From: Eledone cirrhosa
Taxonomy: Eukaryota
Length of the DNA: 64,000 nt
Direction of reading: 5' to 3'
NCBI GenBank assembly: GCA_964016885.1
Contig: OZ024741.1
Coordinates: 196,602,001-196,666,000 of the forward strand
The notes beneath the pieces were generated by a model. That model saw only the letters and a list, made by a program, of their open reading frames with translations. It was not told the origin of the DNA and searched no databases. A program made the position numbers and the translations under genes. Of this stretch, positions 28,201-40,975 are shown piece after piece. Every line of letters begins with the position of its first letter. The first letter of the stretch is position 1.

Positions 28201-28295
28201 CTTCCAATGGCCAAGAGAGAGAGTCCATCACTCTTCATCTGAATGACTTTACGTCGGAGTGCTTCAATTACCTTGAAATGGGCCGACGTCTTGCC
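25270..28295 (-). pseudogene. Tc1 transposase relic, split by RTE 'C' and internally deleted
   Basis: N-terminal HTH region GKTSAHF...GREVSHS (28295-28184) continues as KCVIARIMKFHNET at 26009; the second catalytic Asp region appears deleted. Confidence 0.85.
26010..28179 (-). mobile_element. 5'-truncated RTE LINE 'C'
   Basis: (CAT)n tail from 26010, 3' UTR, RT ORFs with FVDLEKAFD, QGSVLSP, YADD. Confidence 0.93.
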
Positions 28296-28523
28296 AAGAG
28301 TTGATAGGAAAATAAAATATACTGGTAACATGACCCTGTTGACAAGTGTTGCCAGATATTTCTAGAAAATTCAGGAAATTACCCTAAAATATAAAAAATC
28401 ACTAGAGTGTTCTCTTATATTGATCACTGCATTTTTTTAAAATTAAAGGTATATCTTTAATATCGTTTTTATATTCTTGATTATTTAGAAAATATTTTAA
28501 CACAAAATAGATATATATATACT

Positions 28524-30710
28524 ATGATGGTGTACTTGCCATCACTGATGCTGATAAGAAGGTAGCTTGGAAGTGTCACTACGAGAGGCTACTAAATGAG
28601 GAGAATAAATGGGACAAAGATAGTCTTCCCCACATCGATCCAATAGAGGGACCAGCAGTGCAAGTTGAAGGTAGTATAAGTAAGGCAATCAAAGATATGA
28701 AGACAGGCAAGGCGGCTGGGCCTTCGGAAATAGTTGCTAAAATGCTGAAAGCATCTGGAACGGTGGGACACACTATGGTCACCCGGATAGTAAACCAAGT
28801 CATACAGAACGGGGTCATACCAAATGACTGGTCTAGCATCATCATCATTAACTGATACAAGGGTAAAAGAGATGCACTAGATAGAGGAAACTATAGAGGC
28901 ATTAAATTGATTGACCAGGTCATGAAGGTCACAGAAAAAGTTATAGTGCAACTAATCAGAGAGCAAATTGATCTAGACGAAATGCAGTTTGGGTTTATGT
29001 CAGGTAAAAGTACCACAGATGCCCTTTTCCTTGTACGACAACTACAGGAGAAGTACCTAGCTAAAAGTAAACCCCTATACTTAGCTTTTGTTAACTTGGA
29101 GAAAGCATTTGACAGAGTCCCCCGTGCCATTATCTGGTGGGCTCTTAGAAAACTAGGGGTTGATGAGTGGCTTGTGAGAGCTATACAAGCTATGTATAAA
29201 GAAACAGTCAGCAAGGTTAGAATTAATGAATATAGTGAAGTTTAGCATAAAAGTTGGTGTTCATCAGGGCTCTGTCCTTAGCCCCCTCCTATTTATTATT
29301 GCCCTTCAGGCTATAACAGAGGAGTTCAAGACTGGCTTCCCATGGGAACTTCTCTATGCAGATGATCTAAGGCTCATAGCTGAATCGATGGCTGAACTAG
29401 AGAAGAAATTCCAAACATGGAAGCATGGCCTAGAATCAAAAGGCCTTAAAGTTAACTTGTCTAAGACTAAAGTTCTAGTATGTAGGAAGGAAAATAGGGC
29501 ATAGGTGCCCTCTGGGAAATGGCCATGCTCAGTGTGTAAGAAAGGAGTAGGCAGAAATTCCATTTTATGTCCCAAATGCAAAGTATGGGTGCATAAAAGA
29601 TGAAGTGGGATCACAGGTAAGCTATCTAAGAACGTAGATTTTATATGTGGCCGGTGCTCAGGTGCAATAACTAGCAAGCGCCCACAGGATACTAGCTCCT
29701 TCTATTGCCCAGATGGCTCTATAGAAATAGTGGACACCTTCCGTTACCTGGGTGACAAAATCAGCAGTGGAGGAGGGTGTTCTGAAAGTACAGTAGCCAG
29801 AGTCAGAACGGGATGGAAAAAGTTCAGAGAGCTTATACCACTATTGGCCGCTAAAGTTTCTCTCTAAAAATGAAAGGCAGACTGTATGATGCCTGCATAC
29901 GAACAGCTATGTTACATGGCAGTGAGACATGGGCATTGTGTGCAGAGGATCTACGCAGACTGGAGAGGAAGAAGCATGCATGCTCCGCTGGATATGTAAT
30001 AGTAATATACGTGAACAGCAAAGCATAAAGGAACTAAGTGAGAAATTAGGTATAAGCGGGATCAGATGCTGTTTACTCGAGAGAAGACTACATTGGTATG
30101 GTCACATGATGCGCATGAAAGACGACAGCTGTATAAAAAAGTGCAGGGCGATCAAAATTGACAGAAGTTACGGAGTAGGTAGACCCAGAAAAACCTGAGA
30201 CGATTTGATCAATTCCGACCTTACACACTTCACCTCTCTAAGACAATGTCGCTGGACCGACATCTTTGGCGTTACGCAGTAATACAGAAGACCCGCCTTG
30301 CCTAAGTACAAAGCGAAACCTACAGTCAGTAGGCTCCTCTTAATCAAATATACACCCCCTCCCCTCCCACTACCCCAACTCCCCCACCCCCACCCACATC
30401 AACACCACCCCTTTCTCTGTAAAGTTATGTTGGTACCACAACATCCAGTCCTAAATAAATGAGGTCTTGTAGGTGTCACGACAAAAATAAAACACAGTCC
30501 ATGCTGTAATGTGGCCGTGTAGGTAACACGGTAAAAACCTCCCAGTCCACACTGTAAACGTGGTTGGGGTTAGGAACAGCATCCACTCGTAGAAAACCTG
30601 CCAGACAGTCCCATACGAGCGAGACGACCAATCTTGCCTCAAATGGGACAATTCCCGTCTAAACCCATGCTAGCGTGCAAGATAGACGTTAAACAATGAT
30701 GATGATGATG
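28524..30710 (+). mobile_element. 5'-truncated RTE LINE 'D', inserted in the Tc1 terminal repeat
   Basis: RT motifs, (ATG)n tail to 30710, ATACT on both flanks (28519-23, 30711-15). Confidence 0.93.
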
Positions 30711-31054
30711 ATACTGCAAATATTCTTTCAAATTTTAAAGGAAAAATGTTGTTAAATAAGAAAAATAATGAAAAGTTAATTTAGCGTTCTCTTATTTTGA
30801 TCACTACTAACTTTCGTAGCCAGTTCCTCTGTTGTGTCAACGTGAGGCAAACTGTCGTCATCACATTCATTGTCCTCATTTAATAGTCTTTTATAGTAGC
30901 ACTTCCATGCTACCTTCTTTTCAGCATCAATGAAGGCTAGTACTCCTTTATCATCGCAGACACATTTCTCACCAACAACATCACAATTTTCCTTGATACA
31001 TTGTCTCACAATCCTGAACACCTCACGCCTTTGGTCCTCGCATTGCAGAAAATA

Positions 31055-31223
31055 CTGTATTTCCCGACGTCGAAGATGCTACTTTTCTCCTAAAATAAGT
31101 CTCAAAAATCTACCATGAGTCCTGGAGGCTGAAGGTTGTTTATTATTTTTTTTCAAATTTTTGGTTGTCAAAATTAGGGTGTGTCCTCAAGGACGAAGCG
31201 TCTTCGGCGCTGAGAAAATACAG
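31055..31223. mobile_element. Tc1/pogo-type MITE
   Basis: TA|CTGTATTT...AAATACAG|TA with imperfect ~28-bp TIRs. Confidence 0.85.
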
Positions 31224-33004
31224 TACTTAAATTTTATACACTATATCCTCGTTTATGCATGCTTCCACACCGGTCAGTGCATACTTATGTATGGGCCTAA
31301 ATCTATAACACTACTTTTAATGTTCTCATCGTCATTGGCAGTATCAGTAATGGGGGGATTGGCAGTATTAGTAGAAGGTCAGACGCCATGCTTTGCAGCA
31401 TAGAGTTACGCCCCTTTATGGTGTGAGTTCAAATCCCGTCGAGGTTCACTTTGCCTTTCATCCTTATGGGGTCGATAAAATAAAGTACCTGTAATCTACT
31501 GGGATAATTGCTGGCCTAGTGCCAACAATAGTAGAAACAATTATTATTAGTTTTACTCTTTTGGACATTAAGTTGATGTTACGAACATAACTTATCAAAG
31601 GTTTTTACATAAATTTATGATGTGAGCTTTTTAGATAAATATAACTAATTCAAAATGACATGTTTTGTATCATAGAATCATGGGCAGTTTTATGAATACC
31701 CTGGATGTATGATACAAAACTGCTAATTTAAAAATGTTTATCCTTATATCAAAACATTTCCACCATAGAAATTTTTGTTAAGTGATGTTTTAAATGCACC
31801 AGTAATATATTTCACATTTTACTGTTCAATAATTTAATTTCACAAGTTATTTCAGTAATTGTTCTGTTTCTATCTTTCTTGGAAATGTTTACCCCCCCCC
31901 CCCCACGAGAGAGTGGCGGGCAACTATATGTATAAAATTTGTTGAAGGAGCTTTAGCTACTATGAACAACTGCATATAGTTTCTGTTGTTGTTGTTGTTA
32001 AGTGCCAAAGACATTCCTACCATGATCATGCCATCTTTTTCATATGTGCAGGGAACTAAAAGCCACATTATCCAATGTGTCCTTTTGTTAGATGGTCAGG
32101 TTTGATTTGCAGATTTAGCTACTATTTCTACTAGGTTAAGCAACCACATAGAGGCTTCTCTTTTGGCTCATATATACTCTGTGATTGTGTGGTTGAGAAG
32201 CTAAAGCAAAGATGTAAAAAGCAGAATTGTTTTGGTGAAAAGCAAAAATTATTACACATGGTTAAATATAAATTTACTAACCACTTTACAGAATGCACTG
32301 GATGCATTTTACTGTGGCACCAAAACCACTGACAATTAAATTTATATTTTAAATCAGTGGGGTCGCCATTCATACTCAATAAATAATTCTAAAGCTTGAT
32401 TTTGTTTTTTATTTACTTCTTGTACTAGTGAATCAGTATTGTTAATAATTGTTTCTACTTTAAGCACAAGGCCAGCAATTACCCAGTGCATTACTGGTAC
32501 TTTATTTTATCGACCGCGTAAGGATGAAAGGCAAAGTTAACCTCGGCGGGATTTGAACTCAGAATGGCAAGGGATGTAACTCTATGCTTCAAAGCATGGT
32601 GTCCGACTCTCTACCGATACTGCCAATATTGTTAATAATGATGGCAATAGCATTTAACGTATTTAATCCCATATATATACTTGGATTAATGAATATATAT
32701 GAACAAGCATAAAAACTGGGAAATTTGTGTTTTGATAAATGAATGGTTTGCCTAAGAGAAACCCTATAGTTTATGTTTATTACTGACATGTGGAAGTGAT
32801 TAAAGATAAAATATTTTAATAATTTATTTCTAGTATATAATTGCATAAATGTTCAGCATATATGTACAAATGACACTCTGGATTAAATGTAGGTATAACT
32901 TTAGAGTTGATGAAATAAGTATGAACAATATATTGGTTGACACATCTTCTACCTAAAATAATCCTTGTTATTTATTAATACTTGTGTTTTGTTGACGTGT
33001 TTAC

Positions 33005-34765
33005 CAGGGCTGCCGAAACCTTTTTCTTAATAGTACCAAAAACTTTGTTTAAAAAGTACTAAAATATGCAAAAACATTCCGAATCCAATTATCCCCCTTC
33101 CCTACACCTCCCACTTCCTAACACTCCACCCTTCACCAGCTAAGTCCTCCAACCTAGATCTACCTCTCCAATACCCACCCTACATGCACCCAACTCCCTA
33201 TCCCAGTCCACAGTCCACACTGTAAACTGGTCGCGTTAGTGGCACAATGAAGCGTGCCCAGTCCACATAGTAAAGTGGTTGGCGTTAGGAAGGGCATCCA
33301 GCTGTAGAAACCAAGCCAGAAACAGTTCTGTATGAGTAACACACTGCCATCTGATTTGACTTCTCATGTCACAACTTGTCTAACTCATGCTTGGGTGGAA
33401 AAATGGATGTTGATCAGTGATGATGATGATAATGATGAAACCCCTCAAATGTTTTTTAAAAAAATGTTTTACATTTACATTATATATTTTAATTAAAAAG
33501 AAATGTCTTCTTCCACACTTTTCTTGCTGTACTAGTTTCTTGCAGTTTGAGACAAAGTTGCTGATGTGGATGCCACTTAGTGCAGTCAACATGTTGCAGC
33601 AGAGACTTTGATCTTAGCTAGGCATTTCATTGCCAATGGTATGATCGATTTTGGTTTACCTTCAGATCTAAAGCTACTAGAAAAGTTGCTTGTTGGTAGA
33701 AATGTCTGTTGTTTCAGCTACAATATGGGAAAATTTTTTCTGAATTTAGCTTAGACAATAAATCATTGAAAGCATGGGGACCAATCACATTTAAAAAATG
33801 CAAGTTCCTTTAGTTCTTGTGCACGTGATGTCTTTGGTGATTTTTGAATTAGAGCATATGTTGGCAATAAAACCACTCAAGTTATCTAAAATAGCAATGG
33901 GTAGGTTCTGCTCAGCAATAAATCCACACAGTTTCAGCTCAGCTGATGTTATTTTCGTTAAGTGAGCAGAACATTGAGCAGGCTTTATGAAATCTGTTAC
34001 CTTCACCGTTTGTTTCACTACTTTTGCATTCTTTTAATGTTTTTCTGTCTCTTCATACTGTTTGACCAGCTACCAGCTCTCAAAATTACACAATTTACAA
34101 TAGTCTTTACATGCATTCCAACAATGATAAAAATTTCTCATCGTTTAATAATTTTGATAGAACTTATCTTTCATAGAAAGTGGATTTCAGTTTATTCTTC
34201 TGAGGTGTGTCATTTTCATCGAACTTTTTTTTTCCACTCATGAGGTGTTCAAAATGTTTCTCAAAAAAGCAAAACAGTTCAGATATTGAAAGTTAACACT
34301 CCCAAAACACACGGCACGCCATGACACAACTTCTTAAACTGAACTGATACGGTTGTCTTCCAAGAATTCATCTTAATCTATCTATATTTAGATGTCCTTG
34401 CATATTGTCAGCAGAATCTATTCAAGTAAAATGTCCACTGATTGGTTGTAAGTGAATAGTGTGTTATTATTGGCTACCAGGCTGATACAATTGATAGTTG
34501 GCTACTGATTTGAAATACTACACAGAAGAGTATTGATGGGCAAATACATTTAATGGATAGCTTCTTGAGGTAAAAGTTGTTAAAGCTGATGAATGATAAA
34601 TCATTAAATGGTGATTTTAGAATATAAATTAAGCCAAATTCGCAAAGCAAGCACAATCTCTAAAACATACTAACAAATCCAGACATGGTACCAAATATGC
34701 AGAAAAATCAAATTACGGGTAAATAGTACCAAATTTGTACAAATGTACCAACTTTAGTTGTGCTG
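33005..34765 (-). mobile_element. Internally deleted hAT DNA transposon carrying a SINE insert (~33090-33432)
   Basis: CAG...CTG termini, 8-bp TSD GTGTTTAC/GTGTTAAC, subterminal GTACCAA repeats, transposase-like AELKLCGFIAEQNLP...CTRTK. Confidence 0.8.
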
Positions 34766-34913
34766 GTGTTAACTTTCTAAAATGAGGTATACTTTCTTTT
34801 CTAATGATTTTCAGTAATTTTTCTAACAGATATACGAAGAAATGATTTTAAAAATGATCTGTTTTCATTATTTTTAATATTTTTAATATTCCTTTTTATT
34901 TAATTTTTTTCAG

Positions 34914-37900
34914 AAGGAAACTTTAGGATCTACTGCTTTGGAGGCTAATAGGCTTAGTAATAATGGATCAAGCAATTCTCTAAGTTCTCAATATAAAAAC
35001 TTAAATTGTGAGTCAAATGAATTCAATGCTAAATCAAACCATTTACAAGCATATGACGAAAGTATGAGTCGTGTTGAAATGGATAATTATCCCCTAGAAA
35101 ACACAAGTTTTAATCACCCTATGTCTTTCAAACAAAATAAAGAGATTCATAAAAATTATAGTCAGAAAAGGCAGAAAACTTTAGAATTCCTTGAAAAGTT
35201 GCTGAAAAATTGTGACCCCGAAATAGAGGAACAACTAAAAAAGCTAGTCAAAGAGAAGTTTGGACCCCATTTGAAGAGTAGTCATCATAAAGAGGTTCTA
35301 TCATCTAACCAAACAGTCAATGATATTATGGAACTTCTGGAACAACAGAAAAGTGATTCTTTTGTATCTTGTAATTCTTCTAGACTGTCCTCTTTGTCAA
35401 GTCGAAGTAAAAACGATTGGCGTAAACAAAGAACTGATAACAATAGGAATTCGTTGAAATCTTCCAAGCCATTTCTTTCCAAAAACATGGTGACTAAAAG
35501 TATTCCTTCATTTGTTTTGAGTGGAACAAATACAGCTGAAGACTCAGATGAAGGTGTCTTTTTACTTGGAGACAACTGCTCAGAGAACAAGTTGGCAAGG
35601 CACAACAACGCTAGCAATATTTCTGAGATTAGATATCACAAAGATTCTCCTAATAGTCCTCAACATGACATGTGGGATACCATTCATCAAGTTCTTAATG
35701 AACAAAAATTAGAAGATCAATTTTGGCAAAAGGCAACATCCATAAAAAATAATTTTGAAACAAAATTCCCTAATCTTACAGACAAATCAAGCACAGAAGA
35801 TTCAACAATTAAAAATATACTGAAATCAATAGGATTTGATACAGAAATGTGTAAAAGAATGCAAGAATGTGCCAAGCAAGTGTCAGGTAAAAATGATCAA
35901 TTGAAGTGTCATAAAGATAAACATTTAACAAACAAATCTAAGCATAGTTTGTCTCCCGAAACAGATAAATCTGGGCTTAAAAGAGGGAAAAACAAAATTC
36001 TATCTTCTGAAAGGGCATACAATAAATCTCTTCCTAACAAGAATTTCATTGCAACTGTTCCTCCTATTGATACATCAGTTCCACCTCCTATTGCTAATTT
36101 CTCAAACACAATAACTCCCCCACCTTTAGCACCTCCTCCTCTACCAATGTTTCATGGTAGGCCACCTGTACATCCTGTGTTACCACCTGGTCTACCACCA
36201 CCACCACCTGTTGTCCCTGCCAATTATAACCATCTTCCACCTCAACCCACAATAGTTCCACCTTGTGGGCCATTCCTTCCTCAGCCCCAAACATCTAACA
36301 TTTTCCATCAACAGTACAATTTTAACAATATGTATGATAGGAATTCTTACTACAATACTTCAAGGTCCATTATTCCTACTTCTATACCACCTCCATCCCT
36401 TCATTCAAACTTAAAAGTTATACCACTCTCTTCAGTTCCTACATTAAATCATTCTATACCATCTGCCACAACTCCGTCATCATTACCTGGCTCTTCATTA
36501 TGTAGGGATAACTCACCCAACGTAGATAGCTGGCTGTCTAATAATGAAAGGCCTTCACAATGGAATTTACTTTCTCCTCCTCACAGAGACAGATCTCCCA
36601 TGTCATCAAGACAAGATCGGTCACTTACACCATGTTCATCAAGGCATGCATCTCACACATTAAGACGTGAAAGGTCTCAGGGCTGTAGCTCATCAAAGCG
36701 AGACAAGTCACGAAGCCCACCTTCTTCAAGGCGAGGTAGATCACGAACTCCTAGTTCTTCAAGGCGAGGTAGATCACGAACTCCTAGTTCTTCAAGGCAA
36801 GATAGGTCACGAACTCCTAGTTCTTCAAGGCGAGACAGGTCACGAGACAGATCACAGACACCATCAAAATCAAGACAAAAAAAATCACGAAATCAAAAGA
36901 GACGCGATAGATCTAGAACTCCTTATTCTTCGAGAAGAAGCCACTCAAGATCACCATGTTCTATGAAAAGAGATAGACCCAGATCTCCTGTTTCTAGGAG
37001 AAGTTCACGATATTCTAAATCTTCTTCCAGACACAGCCGATCACCAACTAAGCCAAGCAGATCTCGCACCAAAAGATCAAGGCTACTGCATCCTGTGGAT
37101 GAAAAATTTTCTTCAGAATACGAACATTCGCTATCTCCTCCAGCTCAAAGGAGAACTGGTTCTCCTGTACAGTGTAATGGCTCATCTGAAAGCAAAAATA
37201 ACAATGGCAGTTCACTGAAAGTGCAAGATGTAAAAGAAATTTTTGCCCTAAAATCTAAAAACTTGAATGCTTCTACAAACAACACTAACAGAAAGTATTC
37301 TTGTTTTCTACCACATGAAATTGAGCAGATAATAAGACAAAGGATTTTGTGCAGCAGTCGTCTTGAAACATTGCAAAATGAACTAGCAATGCTTCGCAAA
37401 CAGCAAAACGAATTGATGCGCAAAAAACAGCGTGAAAAAGATGGTCATAAAGATCCAATTTTGATTGAAAATGCTGCTTTACAGGAAGAAGTTAGCAATC
37501 AAGTTAAACTGCTGAAAAAGACTGTGGAAGAACTTACTGAAACTTTGGAAATATCGGGAATGTCTATGGAGTCTTTTACTTACCATGAAAAATTTTATCA
37601 GTACTCCAAAAAATCTTCTTTATCTGATCAATTTGGATTTAAAAGCAAAAGTCAGGAAAATAGAGATAATGATAAAAAAAGAAAGACAAATAAATTCCAT
37701 TCACACGGGTTTGACAAAACTGCTTCTATACAAAAAGAAATGTCTTGTGAACGATTCTCCTCTCGAGATAATGAACCTTTTCTCCCTTTAGAAATAAAAT
37801 CTTTTTCAAAAGAAAGGCAGCCCAGTGATAAAGGCAAGTTTGCATGGAATAAAAGAATGGATAATTGTCAGCTGTACGAGGACAAAGATAAGAAAACCTC

Positions 37901-37961
37901 CTCATTCCCTTTGAAATGGTCGTCTTCTGAAGACTTCTTGCATAATTTACATCAAAACAAG
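34914..37961 (+). CDS. ZNF318: ZNF318-like protein, large coding exon (Pro-rich, RS-rich, coiled-coil segments); upstream exon(s) not identified
   Basis: Polypyrimidine tract + CAG acceptor at 34911-34913 (phase 0), donor AAG|GTATT after 37961. Encodes ILKSIG and LRKQQNELMRKKQREKDGHKDP, which I recognise as ZNF318-family motifs. Confidence 0.9.
36708..36839 (+). repeat. Coding 33-nt tandem repeat x4 (SRTPSSSRRGR) in the RS region
   Basis: Unit tcacgaactcctagttcttcaaggcgaggtaga at 36708, 36741, 36774 and 36807. Confidence 0.95.
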
Positions 37962-38502
37962 GTATTGTGTTACATTTTAATAATTATTTATAAGTTTTCA
38001 TCAACTTAAAAAAAATATATATATATATGAGTTTTCCTTGTAAGTCTAAAAAATTTTTCTGCATTTGAGTTAGATATTTTCTGTATTTAGAGACAATGTA
38101 TCTTTTACGTGTGCACAGGTGTTTTGCTATTTTTTATGAAATACATTGCCTGTATGTTTCAATTGATTTTGAAAATAATGAAATAACTAATAACTAAGTT
38201 TTTCATTAATGATCTGATATTTAGAACATTAAAAAGAATTTCTAAAATAAAATTGGAATGAAAGGTTAGATAAGGATAAATATTTTAAAATGAGAAGTTT
38301 TGTATCATAAATCCAGGACAGTTTCAAGCAGTTTGGTATCAAATAGGTTAAACTGATTAATTTAAACTGGTATCTTCACTTTGGTTGTTATAATCAACAT
38401 TTTGGCCATTGTACTCTCCTGGGTCTAGAATGTCCATGGGTTACGGCTCTAGATTTATGCCTTAATTTTAGGTTGTCAATGTTTTGAGTAAAATTATTTT
38501 AA

Positions 38503-38656
38503 CCCTTTCGTTACTATATTTCTAATGAAAAATGCTCTAATTTTCAAATAATCAAAGGTTCTTACATAAAATTATTATGAAAGGTTTTTAAATAAACATA
38601 AACAATTTTGTATTACAAAACCAGGGTCAATTCCTGGCAGTTTGGTATGAAAAAGG
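38503..38656. mobile_element. piggyBac-type MITE
   Basis: TTAA|CCCTTTC...AAAAAGG|TTAA; same family as 48794-49049. Confidence 0.75.
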
Positions 38657-38838
38657 TTAAAATATTGGTAAGAGTTTTCTTAACTTTTCTTTTAACAAAT
38701 ACTGAAAGAGAGGAAAATTTGGTTCATGTATGAGCAGATTAGGAAATCTGTGGAGAAGCACTCACTAGGCTAGCTTGATTTAAATAGATTTTTTATTTAA
38801 TTTTTAATGTGTGTCTAACATATATTATTTCATTATAG

Positions 38839-38994
38839 GAAAAGGCTGTTGACTGTGATGAGACCAGAACTAATAAAGCTGAAGTGAGTTATGAATATTT
38901 TGACCCTGGAAATCATTGGTGTCGCCATTGTAATTTAGTAACTGGAAACATCTATGAACTATTTCAGCATCTTCAGTCAAAAAAGCATAAAGCG
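38839..38994 (+). CDS. ZNF318: ZNF318-like exon, first matrin-type C2H2 zinc finger
   Basis: TAG acceptor, GCG|GTATGT donor, 156 nt, phase 0-0; encodes YEYFDPGNHWCRHC...HLQSKKH. Confidence 0.93.
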
Positions 38995-40000
38995 GTATGT
39001 TACCAAATTTTAAATTCTAATTTCAGGTGTGATTTTTATATTAGTTCTTTAAAGACTTTGTCTAGCTGTAGTACATTTTTAATATGTTAGTCTTTGGATT
39101 GATTTGTAGTACAAATTTGAATATTTTCGTAAGTTGTTATTATATTTTTGTAATAGAACATGCTGTCTATGATTCCAAATAATTTTGAAAATAATTAACT
39201 TGGAGTGATTTAGAAATAAACTTTCTCATTATTAAGTTGGTGTTTGGAGCATAACTTAATAATTGTTTTTACATAAACTTGTAATGGAAAGTTTTTAGAT
39301 AAATATAACCCATGCTAGCATGGAAAATGGACGTTAAACAGTGATGATGATGATGATAAACACTTAATAAATAGGAAATTTCAGGCATCATTTTGGTATC
39401 AGATGGATTAAACAAATATGGATGTAATTAATCAACTGCTTAAGATCAAAATACTGTTCAATTATCTCAAATATTGAAGGCAAAGTCAATTAAATTGACC
39501 CCACTACTTGACTGGTGTTTTATTTTATTGACTCTTGAGGGATGAAAGGCAAAGTTAGCCTCAGCAGGATTTGAAATCAGAACATAAAGGGTCAGGTATT
39601 TTGTCCATTGTTCCAATGATTCTACAAACCCACGGTCATAGTAATCACTATTATAAAAGTATTGGCAGTATCGGTAGAGGGTCAGACGCTATGCTTTGCA
39701 GCATAGAGTGACGGCCCTTTATGGTCTGAGTTCAAATCTCACTGAGGTTAACTTTGACTTTCATCCTTACGGGGTCGATAAAATAGGTACCAGATAAAAT
39801 AAAGTACCAGTAATGCGCTGGGATAATTGCTGGCCTTGTGCCAAAAGTAGAAACAATTATTATAAAAGAAGGTCTGTTTCTATGTCTGACTTTCTGTCAC
39901 ACTTATATGTATATGTATAATACATATTGGGGGGGGGGGGGGGGTCTGTATGTCCTTCGACATACAGACAATGCAAGATAGACTTTAAAAAAGACTCACT

Positions 40001-40192
40001 ATAATTGTTTCTACTTTTGGCACAAGGCCAGCAATTACCCAGTGCATTACTGGTACTTTATTTTATCGACCCCGTAAGGATGAAAGGCAAAGTTAACCTC
40101 GGCGGGATTTGAACTCAGATCGTAAAGGGCCGTAACTCTTTGCTGCAAAGCATGGCGTCCGACTCTCTACCGATACTGCCAATCCACCGCCC
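40001..40192 (-). mobile_element. SINE family 2 (~190 bp, (ATT)n tail), representative copy; others near 15657, 31335, 32441, 39660, 40995, 41200, 41826, 41911, 42645, 61886, 62318, 62523, 62755
   Basis: Recurrent GAGTTCAAATCC B-box, TTTGCCTTTCATCCTTACGGGGTCGATAAAATAAAGTACCAG core and GAAACAATTATT end. Confidence 0.9.
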
Positions 40193-40339
40193 TATAGTAA
40201 TAATAATAGCAATGATAAGGATAACAACAATGTGTGCAATACTAACAGGTCAATATTCCAACCACAAAAAATATAAATAAACACTGCTGCATTTACCTCA
40301 GAAACACAAAGGCACACCTAATCATGTGACAGAATCTCG

Positions 40340-40975
40340 CATCTTCTTCGCCCACTTATTCCTGAGAGGGCCATGGGGGCAGAGTCTTCAAACACTCCCT
40401 CCAGCGGGTCCTGTCAGAAGCAACCATCTCCAACTGATCCGGCTGGATCCCCAAGCGAGACCAGCCAAGCTCATGTATGTTATCCAACCATCTATCTCGA
40501 GGTCTACTGCCAGTTGGTTTTGCCCATAAAATCTGTCCAGCGATTCTTTCCTGTCACTATGAGCATGTGGTTAGAATGTATTGGAGCTGTGATCTCTCAA
40601 TTCGCAGAAGTAGCAGCTGTACCTGGAGTAACTATCTGATCTCCAAGCTATGCACTTTATCAAGTAACGTTACTCCAAGGACCATTCGGAGGAATCCCAT
40701 TTTGGTTGCTTGTATTTGTGATCTTATTCTTTTGGTCATAACCCAAGATTCAATACCATAGGTAAGGGTTGGCACGAAAACTGAGTTGAAGATAGTGAAT
40801 TGGGCTTTTATGCGTACCTCCCTTCTGATTACTGAATGCTAATGCTGGCACATTATTGCACCAGCTTTTGCAATTCTTGCACTTAATTCAGCCTCCTGCC
40901 TTCCATTACTTGTGAACACGGCCCCAATATACATGAACTTCTCTACCTGCTTCAGTGGAACTCCATTCACATGAA
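40340..40975 (-). mobile_element. Truncated RTE-clade LINE (Expander/Rex3-like), second copy
   Basis: Collinear with 5375-6020. Confidence 0.85.

Larger units (their letters stand above)
24991..30808 (-). mobile_element. Tc1-family DNA transposon with ~210-bp IR-DR terminal repeats, interrupted by two RTEs
   Basis: TA|CAGTAG terminus; 24991-25202 is the reverse complement of 28405-28525 + 30711-30808; AAATAAGAGAAC-like motif twice per TIR; transposase relic with FSDESKF and SPYLNPIEN motifs. Confidence 0.9.
16028..31240 (-). mobile_element. Host RTE LINE 'B' in four pieces (16028-17097, 24200-24990, 30809-31054, 31224-~31240)
   Basis: The pieces rejoin as collinear RTE coding sequence (KTKFLV|CRKEN; LATKV|VSKAIKD); (CAT)n tail near 16028. 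Confidence 0.85.
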
